The notes beneath the pieces were generated by a model, which made no database searches, was not told where the DNA came from, and saw only the letters and a list, made by a program, of their open reading frames with translations. A program made the position numbers and the translations under genes. This document shows positions 38,501-51,320 of a DNA stretch of 64,000 bases, piece by piece; within the stretch, counting starts at the first letter, position 1, and every line of letters starts with the position of its first letter. The DNA is from Lingula anatina. Lineage: Eukaryota > Animalia > Brachiopoda. The stretch is taken from positions 5,394,001 through 5,458,000 of the forward strand of contig CM120642.1 of the NCBI GenBank assembly GCA_051362555.1, read 5' to 3'.

Positions 38501-39740
38501 CTATAAGATTTCCTATAGGATCCTATAGGATTTCCTATAGGATCCTATAAGATTTCCTATAGGATCCTATAAGATTTTCTATAGGATTTCCTATAGGATC
38601 CTATAAGATTTCCTATAGGATCCTATAGGAATTATTGTAAAGGTCTGAACATAAATTTTAAAAAATAATTTCAGCTTCAATGATTTGGTACAAAAACATT
38701 CATAATGATAAAATATTTCTCCATAAAAGATTACTTTACAAATGATCAATTTTTCAAGATTTCTTTAAAATAGAAATTAAAGAATTTCTATATAATCCTA
38801 TAGATGACTATAACATTGTGCATTATAAACAATAAAAAGCATTTTTGCTTTAACAGTGATATATAATTGACAATTCCACTGATAAAATTGACCTATATCA
38901 AATATCTTTTGTTTAGAATGATATTTGTTTATAAGATATGTATTTTTCTCAAGATTTTAACATACAACAATTTCCTATAGGATCCTATAGGAAATCCTAT
39001 AGGAAAGGTGCCCTATAGGATCCTATAAGATTTCCTATAGGATCCTATAGGAATCCTATAGGATCCTATAGGAAATTTTCGTAAGGGATAAGATGATTGT
39101 TTAAATATGGCCTCCAAATTTCAGGACACCGCACACGGAGACCTGATGTTTTCTCTTACCTATCTTTCCACTGCTGAAAGACTCACAGTGGACATACTCA
39201 AAGCAAGGAATTTGACAGAGAAGGATGATGGGAAGGCTCAGATAGGTAAAGCATTATGGGATTGCTTGAGAGATCATACCAACTCTTTCCATATCGTTAG
39301 TTCAACAAAAATAATACAAAAATTACAGAAAAAGGGGTGGAAAAGTGATTCCTTAATGCTTTGGTTTCAACCTACACAGCCATATTTAACTTAGATCAAA
39401 ATATATGTATCATGTATATTTCTCTTTTTCAGCTCCATTTGTTAAAGTATTCTTTATTCAAGGAGGGAGGAAAGTAAAGAAAAAGCGCACCAGGGTGATT
39501 CATGGTGCTTCCAATCCAGTGTGGAATGAAGCCTTGGTATTCCATCAAATAAGCAATGCCCAGCTTAAGACCTCGTCAGTCGAACTTGAAGTGTTTGACA
39601 GTAAAATGCCAAATAGTGAACTTATAGGACGTGTGCGCGTAGGGGCAGACTCTCAAGGGGAAGAATATGAACATTGGTTGAATATGTTACAGTTGAAACA
39701 GGCTTGTACTATAGCTCGGTGGCACCCCCTAACTCTATAA
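29178..39740 (+). CDS. Syt: Synaptotagmin-family protein, 483 aa; join(29178..29553,29980..30188,30506..30943,39125..39245,39433..39740)
   Basis: N-terminal TM helix, Ser/Pro-rich linker, two C2 domains (GSINFSLDY...; GDLMFSLTYL...), polybasic KVKKKRT, C-terminal WHPL. All introns GT-AG with consistent phases 1,0,0,1; total 1452 nt. In-frame TAA upstream of the ATG. Paralogue not assigned. Confidence 0.93.
29980..30188 (+). CDS. Synaptotagmin coding exon 2 (linker)
   Basis: ctacttcag|...|gtaggt; reads GSPLPSPDRKASAVSIGG...RRASMQDRIDLSKLDRSLYDKR, phase 1 to 0 (a different frame from the ORF track entry). Confidence 0.88.
30506..30943 (+). CDS. Synaptotagmin coding exon 3 (C2A domain)
   Basis: ctttaattag|QNLRKMQSTASEDSLGSINFSLDY...VYDYDVYSQDECIG...KKEKG|gtaagt. 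Confidence 0.95.
31345..31442. mobile_element. Small hairpin/MITE-like repeat, relative of 10178-10296
   Basis: ccacccctagtttcaga ... tctgaatctcagggtgg inverted ends. Confidence 0.45.
31495..31810. repeat. Array of palindromic TCCTATAGGA/TCTTATAGGA units (10/12-bp alternation); similar arrays at 34645-34760, 35100-35230, 37905-38340, 38460-38635, 38970-39078
   Basis: ggatcctataggaaatcttata repeated directly in the sequence. Confidence 0.95.
33965..34630 (+). repeat. 171-177-bp tandem subrepeats inside the element (inverted counterparts at 35375-35790; continuation at 38352-38480)
   Basis: ggaatttttgtaat at 34093, 34264, 34440, 34617. Confidence 0.9.
34632..38351. mobile_element. Second copy of the same element, nested in inverted orientation inside the outer copy
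   Basis: Starts with the reverse complement of the outer right end (gggcacctttcc marker) and ends with the reverse complement of the outer left end (ggaaaaagggacaatttcc marker); interrupts a 177-bp subrepeat: ggaatttttgtaat | ggtctgaacataaatt. Confidence 0.85.
37409..37500 (+). pseudogene. Terminal-exon-like remnant inside the element (EYICKWFNATQTEVKKVITVKLNNVQKTFV*), possibly the end of a BEN-like domain; counterpart on the - strand starting at 32339
   Basis: Strong acceptor gtctttctttcag, amphipathic helical peptide, stop, AATAAA at 37785; upstream exons not reconstructable. Confidence 0.35.
39125..39245 (+). CDS. Synaptotagmin coding exon 4 (start of C2B)
   Basis: aatttcag|DTAHGDLMFSLTYLSTAERLTVDILKARNLTEKDDGKAQI|gtaaag. 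Confidence 0.93.
39433..39740 (+). CDS. Synaptotagmin coding exon 5 (rest of C2B, stop)
   Basis: tctctttttcag|APFVKVFFIQGGRKVKKKRT...NPVWNEALVF...IARWHPLTL*. Confidence 0.95.
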
Positions 39741-42151
39741 GGGAAAGTTTGTTTGTTTGCTTGTTTGATTGGTTTATATTTAGGGTCATGTCTGAAGTCA
39801 ACTTAGGTGTTGTGCACAGTATTTGCTGAAACTTGGGTCAAAGGCAGATTTACACTGGGTCAAAGCTGGTTTGAGTATTAAGCAAACCTGGTGTGCACCC
39901 AATGAGACTGACAGGATAAAAGGCATACTTACATAGTCTAGATATTGTGAGCGCTGAGTGCATTTTGAATGCTTGAGCTGTGAAAGCAAGAGTTGGAGAG
40001 CACAAATAAAATGCCATGTTTAAGTGGAATTCTAAAAGAATGTGATTAATTTAATGTTTTTAATAAAAGGAAACCCTGCCTGAAACAGCCGCCATCAGTC
40101 CTTCGCGGTCCAATATTTCTACAAAACAGACCAACATTCCACTCTGAAAGACCCTGTGGGCTTGTGTTGAGGGCTTTTTTGTTTCCGCTGATGCATAGCT
40201 GTATGACACGTAAGCATAACGCACCAGCACATCTAATTCAGTTATTGGTTTTATTGCTGATTTAAAGGAAGAGGCACACAGGTTTAACCAATTTTATTCC
40301 TGATTAAGATAAATGATTGGTTATCCCTGATTGAATTTTATTTGAAATTACTGGCAATGTATTTCTTTTTTTATTGATGATATTTTGTGGAATAGCTATA
40401 TGTAACAGACATGAATGGCAGGAGTTTTGTTATTTTGCAACTGAAGCACCATTGTGTGTGCCCATGTTTGTGTGCATGTGTGTGGGGGGTGGGGGAGGGG
40501 GGAGAATGGTTAAACTGTTCAATAGACTGCTCATGTTGAGGTTCCAGCATGTAACAAAATGTCTACTTTTCCTGACATCATTGCATGGTCAACCTAAAAA
40601 TGCACACTGAGTATATCTCACAGCAATTAATTCTGACTTGAGTGAGTTACATGCACTCCTTACTTTTTTCACAATTTATGTTAAGATTTAATTATTTATT
40701 AACTATTAATATCTGTTTGAGATATTAAATACAGGCTTCTTAAAACAAAAAAAAGGAAGTTTTGAAATATTAAAAACCCCACCACTTTATATTTAATATC
40801 AGTAAAGAATACTGTAATCACCTTTACTACAACAGTAATATTTCCATAAGTACTATATTTTTAGAAGCATTTTTATCAGACCTTCCTTGTCTTTTCTCTA
40901 TTAAAATGTGTATGATAAGAGTGATTTACATAAGGAGAGATATGTGAGTTATTTGTAACCATAAGATTTTGATTTATTTTGAATTGTTAAAGTATTATAG
41001 CAGAGTATTAGCTGCTTGAGATTGTATTTGTTGAATTTCTATGCCCTGAAAGACGGATTTTTCTCACTATTTTCAGGCAGTTAAGCTTATAAGGCATCTC
41101 TTAGGGGAAGTAGACTTGTTATTTTTATATTGGTTAATGTTTAAAACATCGTTGAAGCAAAATGATCACCTTTAACTATTGTTATTTTTCGGGTCTTGAC
41201 ATGAAATTTGTTTTAGTTTCCAGCTTCTTGTAGCATATCAGTGGATTAAAAAATAAAAAAAAAAAAAGAAAAAAACAGATGCCTTAGTGTCAGTGCAGTC
41301 AGCTGAAGTTATTTTATTTTATTTATTTTATTTATTTATTATTATTATTATTATTTTTTTTTTTTTTTTGCCTTAAAGCAGAACCTTGATTAATGCAAGT
41401 GTTTGCTTTGAAAATAAAACAGTTTAAAAGATCATGCAGTTATATTGGTGTGATACGATATTTATTTTGATATACAAAAGGCTGGTCTGGGGAAGTTGGT
41501 ATTATTTCTCATTTTTGTTTTATTTTTGATTTAAGTTATAAAATGCCATGAGTCACTTTCACTGTATACCAGCAGTATGATGAACTTGTTACCAGTATTC
41601 TTTCATTCTTGCTACATAAAAGTAATGTACCATGCCTCTTAGCTTATGGGTATATTGTTTTTGAGTAAAAATGATATATACTTTTTAGGAGTAGGGGTTG
41701 GGGAACCTCAGAAGCTAAGGGAGGGGAATGTGATTGCCCCCCCCCCCACTCCCCTGGTCTGCATTGTAGTACATATGTTGTTACACATTGGCACTTAACA
41801 TACATGATACAATGTATTGCGTCCTTGTGCCCCACCCCCTCCTTAAAATGTGTAAACTATCTGAGAGATATGATTTTGTTGTTTTGTAGTAGAAAGAACT
41901 CGTATCAGTTTTAGTTTAAGCACAAGCAAGTGAAGCAGTGTTATCACATTACACGAGGCCTATACATTGGCTCTTAGCCTATATGTTATAAACAGTAAAT
42001 TTTATCTTTCACTTACATGTGATGTTATTTTATGTAGAGCACCACTGACAGGAATACATTGTACAGTATTATGTAGTAAAAGTGATGATTTTAAGCTGCT
42101 CTCGATTATTTTAAAGACTATAATGAAGATTTAATGATTTCAATTAAACGA

Positions 42152-42157
42152 AATAAA
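42152..42157 (+). terminator. Candidate distal poly(A) signal of the synaptotagmin gene (3' UTR of about 2.4 kb)
   Basis: AATAAA followed about 15 nt later by a GT/T-rich tract (ggtttgtacctttttta), at the point where CpG depletion ends. Other AATAAA copies occur upstream (e.g. 40062). Confidence 0.4.
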
Positions 42158-43494
42158 GGCAATCCTTCCCAAAGGTTTGTACCTTTTTTATACATTATTC
42201 TTCAGCTGAGTATTTACCACGTTTGATTTGTCGTTTTATTGGAATTGCTAGGAAACGAGGAAAGAGAAAGGCTTATCTGAAATTGAAATTGAAATACTGT
42301 TCTTATTTGAACAGTATTTCAATTTTATTCTGATTATCATTTTTAAAGTTATTTTCATACACATTCTGAATTTCATTACACTTTTGATCAATTAAACTGT
42401 ATTTTTTCTAGAAACAGATTGTTTGCGATATTTATTGATGCACAAATAAGATGGCTCGGATAGCACTTTCTTAATAAGTGAGGTATATGTGCTGAAGTTG
42501 AGTCATTGTGCCGACATTTTTCACAACTAATGCATTTCATCCGAATGCTCGCTTGATAGAAATATGAGAATATTTTTAACAAACATTTTGCCTCTTTGAC
42601 TTCTTTTCTTAGAACATTAGACAGCGATCGTCCAATAAAACAAAATGTTATTTAGGTCCAACTTAAAATTCTTAATAAAGAGTAACGTGCATAGTTTTCT
42701 AACCTACCTATATTTGATAAGCCGACTTGGAATTGTAGCCTACTATGTGCTTGTTTCCAACCAACAAAACTGAGGACTTTCATGAGTTTCGTCCTAAAGT
42801 CTAGACTTTGAAATAGAGCAATTGTGGTCAGGAAAAATTCATTGTCCGTCTTTATTCTCGGTTCAAGGGAAGAGAAATATTCTGATGAACTCCAAAGATG
42901 AAAACCCCGCCAAAAGTAAAAGAAGACAATGATCGGACTACCTGATTCTGATCATGACATGTAGCACGACAGCGTCAGAACTGCCGCAGGGTTAAAAATT
43001 TGTATAGAAAGAATGAATAGAAGACAACCGAATAAAACCCAGAAATTTTATAGCTTTTATGTAGCTGTTTATCCGCAAGGTAGTCGGGAATAAGAAATCC
43101 GTCAAATGTTTGCAGCAGTCTTTGAAGTGATAAAGCACCTCTGACTTTCCATGCATAGGTTATTACTTTTTAGCACAATGTTCGTTAATAAATTATTCAA
43201 CCATGCCCGACGCAAAAACATTTTTCGTGTATTCCATGATATTTAAATTGATGATTATTGAGAAAATTGAAGATCGTAGATAAATAATTCAATGCACTGC
43301 AATTAGGAATTTTCTGCACACCAAGGTGACATGAATTAGCACCATGTACTAGGGAAAAAACAAAGTTTGCAACGAAAGAGGGGTATTTCGTCGAAAGACT
43401 GGCATATAAGTCATGAGTAATTCAAAACATACACTAGACTGAAAGGCTCTATACATAATATTTCGTGACTTTTCAAATGGTCTTTCTCTCCCTT

Positions 43495-43520
43495 CCTCTC
43501 TCTCTCTCTCTCTCTCTCTC
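43495..43520 (+). repeat. (CT)n microsatellite
   Basis: ctctctct run. Confidence 0.9.
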
Positions 43521-45094
43521 AGGGCAAATCAAAATTCGTATTTTTTCGATTCTTGTTGTGCTTAAAGTCTCATTGCCAAGTGTAAGATTGATTTATTTGA
43601 GGAAATTAATACAATGAAATTACATTGATAGTGTTTTAGATTCGTAACTTTTATTAGACCCCTCCAACACAATGACCATGAGAACGTTTTATCTTGGACA
43701 TAATATTATGTCCAAGACTTTATAAACAAACATAATGAAAATATTTCACACAATGACCCCTCTACAACAATCAACCACAGTTTGAAACGACCTTTTTAAT
43801 CAATTAATCATCTGTTTTATAAAACAATCCGAAGGTCCGAATTCAAAAGGTTGAAATGTTCAGGTACTGATGTCACAACATAGAAAATGTCTAGATTTCT
43901 AAAGTACTCTTTATATAGGTAAACTGAAGAGACGGATGTCTGTTAATAGAGAATAAATATGACATCGAAAGTTACAATTAAGCAAGTCTACAGTCTATTT
44001 CATTACTGGTACATGCTTGTGTAAACCCTAATGATGGCAGTTAACCATAACTGTGACAACATCTGTAAATTTGCCAAAGTTTCGTCAATTCTTTTTGAAT
44101 ATTCATTTTCAATCCTTAGCCATATATTTTGTAGAAATTGTTGCCGAGTTTATGTTTACTTCTGTTCTTTAAAAAAGTCTACATCAATATTACCCGCAAG
44201 GAAGCGTGGGTACTCAAATAAATGGCTTGATTTCTTTTTTTTTCTTGATTCCAATACCATCACAGCAAATATACATGGCAGTTTTCTGTCTTTATATTTA
44301 CCTTTAAAAGCCATTGCGATATCAACGTTTTTTTTTTTTTTTTTTTTGTTTTGTTTTTTTGATTGTTACGCGTCTGGATTGATTTACGAAATTAATTGGC
44401 TAGTCTGCAAATGGTCGATCCGGGGTATAACGAAATGTAAGGGTTATTAAAAGATGGATATTGATTCTTTTGTCAGCTTCGTCCTTCACTATCAATAGTC
44501 GATTTTTCTCTGTTTTGCTTTGATGAAATACGGTTAATGCAATTCGAATATTGATTGGGTTATTTCTGATTTGTGTCCTCAGGTGTGTCGATAAGTGTTT
44601 GTTCTGCTCCGAAAATATTGAATAATGCCTTCTAACAGATGAAACGGCCGCGGAAAGGCTTCGGGAAACTGTTCCTATAAATGCGTATAATTGAAGAAAA
44701 CCAGTTCTGTTTGTACGGAGCCATATATTTTGATATGATAGAACATTAGTTTGCAAGCTACGTCGATTAGTCGAGTCCAGACTGCGGTAGTTGACAGCGT
44801 CTACATTATAGTTCATATTCACAGACTATGATAATAAATTCAGAGATGTACCTGTAGCCAAGTTGTCAACCGTACCATTTTTACATCTGAAATCGCTTGT
44901 ACCGAGCGATAGTTTGAAAAATTTTTCCAGCATTTGCATTGGTCATTTTTATTGGTTGATTGATTGATTCATTTATATAATATGCGATGCAAGCAATTAA
45001 TCCTCAAAACATTTGCCTGTAGATATTTTCTAGATAGCACAACGGCAGCCGACAAGGGAATGACAGGCCTCTGTACTGGCCGACCTGAAATTCA

Positions 45095-45250
45095 GAGAGA
45101 GAGATAGAGGGAGAGAGAGGCGTGGGAAGGGTCCTGTACTTTCTTACTTATACAAGGCTCATCCCTTACATTTCTTCATACATATACTCTCTCTCTCTCT
45201 CTCTCTCTCTCTCCACCCGAAGTGTAAACGCCAATCAGCTTTATAAAAAG
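45095..45250 (+). promoter_or_regulatory. Candidate promoter region of the lectin gene
   Basis: (GA)n and (CT)n tracts, CCAAT at 45231 and TATAAAA at 45242, about 530 bp upstream of the ATG in a CpG-retaining region; spacing is atypical, so support is weak. Confidence 0.25.
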
Positions 45251-45778
45251 GGGAAATTATTAAAATCCCCTCTTTACCCGCTCTGAGCACGTTCTCCTGT
45301 CAGATACCCTATCCCTTCATCATCGAATTTGAGTCAAAACGCGTTGGAATAAAAACAAGAAATCGACTCCTATGCCGAATCCGAGATGAATGGATCTATA
45401 TGCGAAACAATACATTCAACTCACTAGACCCTTGCATCGATCATTGAAACAATGGTCAATATTGAACGTCATGTTAGAATAAAGAATAATCCATAGGTAA
45501 ATTTACCAGCAAGATTGGTTTATGAGTGTGGTATTTTTTCAAAATTTGAAGCTTCGTCAGTCCTAGCTGGCCCAGCGTTGTTTGTGGCTGGGAAGCGTTC
45601 CTCGCCAATTGATTATTTTCCGAAAGGCACGATTCGGGTTTTGAAGAAAAGGGTTTTGCTACATGGGATATATTATCTTGTTCTCCGTCGCGAGAGAAAT
45701 TTGAACATCTAATCTCGTTTTCCTACGTGGGAAAGAAAGTTGGAATAGTTGGCCACTTCTATTAATAACACCAAAAGA

Positions 45779-45860
45779 ATGGAGTCAAGCTACGTCGGAC
45801 GGATATTTCCATTCGTGCTGATGATGCTAGTGTTCGCGGCACACATAGAGGCTAAGTATT
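45779..45860 (+). CDS. Lectin gene exon 1 (signal peptide)
   Basis: MESSYVGRIFPFVLMMLVFAAHIEAKY|gtaagt; hydrophobic core and I-E-A cleavage-like site; phase 1 matches the next exon. Confidence 0.72.
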
Positions 45861-48800
45861 GTAAGTAGATAAAAGTTATAAAGAAGTAATGTGCCTTTTT
45901 CTTTCTTTTTTGAGTGAAAAAATATTTTGTAGGTAATCACTTCTTCTCTTGGTGATTTAAAAAAGACAGCGTTAAATACTTTCCAATGAAAATCACGAGG
46001 TGGGCCAAGACATGGAAAATAAATCAAAGAGTAGCAAATTCCACCAAATCCAGAAACCTCTTTTTATTTTATTTTTAAAAAAGTGTCATATTACAGCACT
46101 GAATTTCGAAAATTAGATAAGACTTGCACTGAAGCCTTATCAAAATGAAATCATGTAATGTAACTGTGGTACTTGAGATTTTTTTCTTCAAACACTAAGT
46201 AAATTGTCCCACCCTACTATTTAATGAAAATATAGATAATAGTAGTTTTAGATACTTTTCATCATAGAAAATTACTTTTTAGATATAGACACATAATCTG
46301 TTATACCTAAAATAGCAGATAAATTTACTGAGCTAAGCAGTAGTATTATTTTGTTACTGAAATTTCTTACAACCTAATTTTTATTGTTAAAACAATAAAC
46401 ATCATATCCGAATGTAAGTGAGTTCGAGTAAACATAGTCTAAGCAATATCTGTCGTCCCTTTATTTCAGTTTCTGCACTGCAGCCAATTACGTATTTCGA
46501 CGGGTCCACTGATATTGACCACGCGGATGGTAAGTGAAAAACTCTTTTGCAAACCACGAGCGTACCAAACCTTGACAGCGTGCACCTACGTAATAGTCTA
46601 AAAGGCTAAATATAAATGACATTAAAACCCAATGAAAAATGTCCATTTTCATTCAGTTGAAATTTTATCATTTCTTTTCATCCTAAATAACTATCTGTTC
46701 TAAAAATGTCAACAATTTTTTCGAAGCATTTAAAATAATTCATTCAGATAATTTCACAGACAGACCTTGCGTTTAGCAGTGTTATCCTGACGAGCGCATA
46801 CACCTACGCCTGCACAAAATATAAAACCAAGTGCACATCAGAATAAGCATACGTGTACGTCAATATAGTCGTTCCTAAAATTCCCTTTAAAATGTGTTCA
46901 TCTAATGTCAGGCATTTTAAAAAATCTTTAGGAATGCTAAGAATAAAGTCAACAAAAATATGCTTAAAAATTATACACTGTCACCATCTGGTGACATAAC
47001 GCCTCTATACATCACTCGTGTAACAGTGTATTATCTCACACTTGTATTAATCTGTTTTACATTAAAACATTAAGTTGATCTCTTTTTATCTGGTAGATAT
47101 CAAATTCCTCAGTTGATCAGCACTGAGTGTCATTATTCTATCAGGTAAACGAATTTTCGCTCCTTTGTAAGGATTCAATATTGACGTCAAACGGAAACTC
47201 GCATTCTCTCTTGAAAGTAAATATGCATACAATGAAATGTACCATCTCACCTACTGGTTCGAAGAGGCACGTTGCAGAGAAGTCTCTTACACTTTGTTTG
47301 GAAGCTTTAATGCTGGATTTAATCAGGGAGTTATATCGCAGACGATGTAATTCCCTGATTTAATGCACATGTATTATTTCCTAGACGACAAGGAAATAGT
47401 AGTCTTACATGACGTTCATTCAAATTTTAGCCCTTTCCTGAAATCGATATAAGTGGTGGAGCTGTTTTGTCCCATTTGTTAATCCTATTTTTTATATAAG
47501 AATTATACTTAACAGTACGTATGTCCTGTTCAGGGATTGCAAAACTGCGTTATTTTAAGCAAAACTTCTTCCGGATATTAAAACATAACCCTCCATGGCA
47601 ACTCATTTATATCGGATATCTATAATAAATCAAAAAATGGATCTATTTTTGATGTTATAGGACAGAGAGGGTGCCGGACGTAAATCCGATTTTTCACGTA
47701 TCTCGGTATGCTCGAAGGTTTTAAAGTGGCATCCTTTTGAGAGTACGGCACAAGAAATCCATTAAAATAGTGTAGGCAATACACGTTCAAGTCAAACATG
47801 AGTTGTAGGCCTATCTCTCTCTCTCCGTATAAAGCAGGCACAATATTTTATGAAGTGGAATATTTCTGATTAATCTCGAGTCAAAGTGTACTATAATTTT
47901 GGCTAAAAATGTTAAAGGAACTTTCGGTCTGTTGTTCTCTTATGACGCGGAGCCAAGTGATAGATCGAGTAGCCGCCTTGTCAGTGTAAAAGAAAGATAT
48001 TAAAGAGATTTTAATTCAAGAAATAAATTTCTATTTTTAATACTTATTTATCTTTTTATCTTTTGCGTGCAATGTGACAGCTAACTTAAAGTAATCATAC
48101 AAAAGACAAATAGACAGAAACTAGAAAGAAAAGGGGAAAAAACTTCTGTATATAGGTGTGTCCATTAAATCCATTGACCTACAATATTAGGTATATTTAG
48201 TTTATTGAGCTAGCCCTTTGGGTGGTTACAATCTTTTGATGAAGTTACGATTCCAGATAAAGTAGAAACTTGATGAAGGCCTTGACCTACAGATGTATTC
48301 TGATTTAAGGTGAAACGAATAACGGGTCTTGGCCCATAAAATTGATTTTCGCAAAAAGAAAAAACAAAATAAAAAAGGAGCCAGTAATTTGCAACTCCCG
48401 TGTCCGTGCACGTGCAGTTTGTTAATTTGTCAAAAGCATAAGCACTCGTGCACATCCACACACACATAATTGGCCAGAGTGTGTATATACTCTGTCATCT
48501 CCCACTACAGCAAATTTGGGGTTATTCCATTTCAATGTCAGACATTATCAAATCGGTTGATCTTTGAATAATTTCTTAAGCCTAATTTACATTTGCCATG
48601 CGATTTACGATACTGCCCGTAAATCCCGCTTTCGTAGCCTATACGATTTTGTCAAACTAAAACCCCTGACAAATTTTGAAAATCTAATCCGTAGGCCGTA
48701 GTACTGCTTAGATGACAGCGCACAGTTTCTTTACTTGGTGTAATTCATTCGCACGAACTTGAACCTGTGATTTTTCCGTACTCTGACCACGTGGATGCTA

Positions 48801-51257
48801 AAAATCGTTGAGATCTTCACCGAAAACTTATGGAAGGAAGCTTACGATAACTGCACTGAGACCGAGAGGGCTCCTTGGGTTTACTTTTCAAACGACAAAC
48901 CGAATTTTCCGTTCATGTCGTCAAGATAATGGCATGAAATGGCATGACACCCGCCCGTGATGTAAACGTACTCGACGTAGCCCGTAGTCACTTACGATGT
49001 CAAAAATCGCACAGAAAATCGTTCCTGTATACGATATCACCGTACGGCGTTCGTGGCAAATGTAATCTAGGTTTTAAGGTGAAATATACGACTTTTTATA
49101 GATTATTTATAAATTTTGAAGTCACAATCAACATATAATTTACAATCTATTGAAAATGTGGTCGTTTGCTCTGGTGGCAAAATCTTATACATTGCTCCGA
49201 CGCCTAATTCTAAACATTGTTTTATTTTTTCTTAACCCGTATAAATATTAAATTCTAGCAAGTCAAAAATGCTTACTAAAATCTTTAAGTCACCAGTTAC
49301 CATAGGCGGCTGTTAATGTCATATTGACCACAGACTCGCAAGTTTTGAAATAAATATTTGACGATGTATAGCCAGTGAATACGTGTAAGTGGGCCCCATA
49401 AAAAAGAGCATCAATTTTTAAAATAGATGCGCGGGTAGCTCAAGTTTCACCCTAATTATCAGTGACAGGATTTTCTATAGTTTCAGTCAGTGGCAACTAA
49501 TGCAGACGTATCGCAAATGTTCTACAAGACTGAGCTTTGCGGCTTCAAAAGCACTACATATTTGTATACCTCCGACACAATGTCATGTTATACATGTACT
49601 ACCCCCCTCAAGTCCTCCCCCCTTAAGTCGCCACTCAAACACAACACAAAAACATCAGGTTTTAATCGATTCTCAGAGAGACTATATTTATAAAAATTGC
49701 GTTATGTTTTCATAAAAATATGGATGTATTTGATACGGAACAAAACGTTTCGGCTGACGTTTGCTAATTGCAGGAAGTGATTTAATAAAAAAGCAAACGA
49801 GTAGCCATCGGAAAGTCTCTAAAGTATGTCCTTAGATTCCATTGACCTCTGAAATACAGGACGTGTGATGTTGCCAACACTGAAGCAATCAAAATGTTTA
49901 TCAAGTTTACACAATAGAACACCCTATTTATCTAAAACCTTGAGGGGAATCCATTGTGATAAGTACATTAGTTGGTAATGGAGTGTAGCAGTAACACAAC
50001 ATATGCTGGTGATGGTGTCGATAAATTGACTGGATGGTCCTAGCTGTCAAGAAAGGCAAGGGAACGGAACATATTGATCACTGATATTCTTTTTCCTTAA
50101 CAAATCCATTAATTTGACGTAAAGTAGGCTTTGCATATGTCGTCACCCTATAACTTGACACGTCGATTGTTTCTAACAAATCTCGGAGGGTCCCGTTGGG
50201 AGGTAGTATTCACAGTTCACGGGAAATAAAATCATCAGCTCACAAATCACAGAATATAAAACTTTATTCACAGCTCAATGTTAAAGCGAGTTGAAAATCA
50301 CGAAAATCACGAATCACCGGTTATAAGGACTTCGTTTCACGAAGGGGGGAGAATAAAAAACTGCATGAATTGACGAGTCACGGGAATGGGGTGCTTCAAA
50401 GATCACGCTAAGTAATATGAGTGTTTCGCGCATCTCAATAAATAAAATGTGACTTTCACGTTAACGATAAAACCCAATGGGACCCTCATCGTGTGGATTG
50501 TATTATTTACTTTGGCATTAGCTGTAATTTGCGAACTTCGGGTGACTGAAAAAAAAGGTCCTGAAGCGTCCGGCTTATGCGAATTTTACTAAACCACATT
50601 CTACATTCTGTAAAACGGTCAGAAATGTCTTAAAAGAGTAATTTAATGATAAAGTCTTTCTGACATATGTGAATACATCAGCCCTGAAAGATCACAATTA
50701 TGACCGTTAGAAAAACTGAATATGGGAATTTAAACGATTCCCAGCAAAATTCAAGTAGTGTGAAATATGGCGGGGTTCAAATTTAAAAAGGGAATCTTTC
50801 ACGCAAAATGAAAATGTTTTTGGTGTCCTTCCTTAAAAATAAATTACATGACAACACCAAAAATACTGCTACATGTAGGCCTATGCACTTTAAACATTAG
50901 ATGTTATAAAATAGGTAGGCCTAATAAATTAATTTCGCATTCTGACTTTTACAGCGAGTCGCCTCGCGTTGACCAATTTGTTAAATTTTAAGAACCCGGA
51001 GGTGAAAATTATCAAAGCGACCTTATACCAATTTATCTTGAGGATTCAAAAACCTGTTCCTCAGATTTTAATTTTTCTTTACATTTGGGTTAAAGTTATT
51101 ATATAACAGTGTATACCATCCATGTATTTTCTTTCTTTCAGCAAGCTTGGCAACGTTTGGGGGCACTGACCACACTGTGATTGCCTGGTTCAAGACATAC
51201 GCAAGCAATGGAGGCATTTTTGCTAAAACCGCCAGCGGCAGTAAGTAGGCCCCCTAC

Positions 51258-51320
<63 letters not shown>

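Larger units (their letters stand above)
31483..39087. mobile_element. Non-autonomous TIR DNA transposon (outer copy, 31483-34630 plus 38352-39087) with CCC...GGG termini and palindromic subterminal arrays; CACTA/EnSpm-like or foldback-like
   Basis: TIR cccttacgaaaatttcctatagga / tcctataggaaattttcgtaaggg; flanks at|CCC...GGG|at (2-bp TSD; alternatively TA around TCCC...GGGA); arrays of cctatagg; no intact transposase ORF. Confidence 0.85.

Noticed and set aside
31495-39078. CCTATAGG arrays as CRISPR, telomeric repeat or low-complexity assembly noise
   Set aside because: They sit symmetrically inside defined TIRs with a target duplication, as expected for transposon subterminal repeats.
44400-44822. 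140-aa ORF on the - strand upstream of the lectin gene
   Set aside because: Non-ATG start, no recognisable domain or splice partners; cannot be supported without a homology search or expression data.
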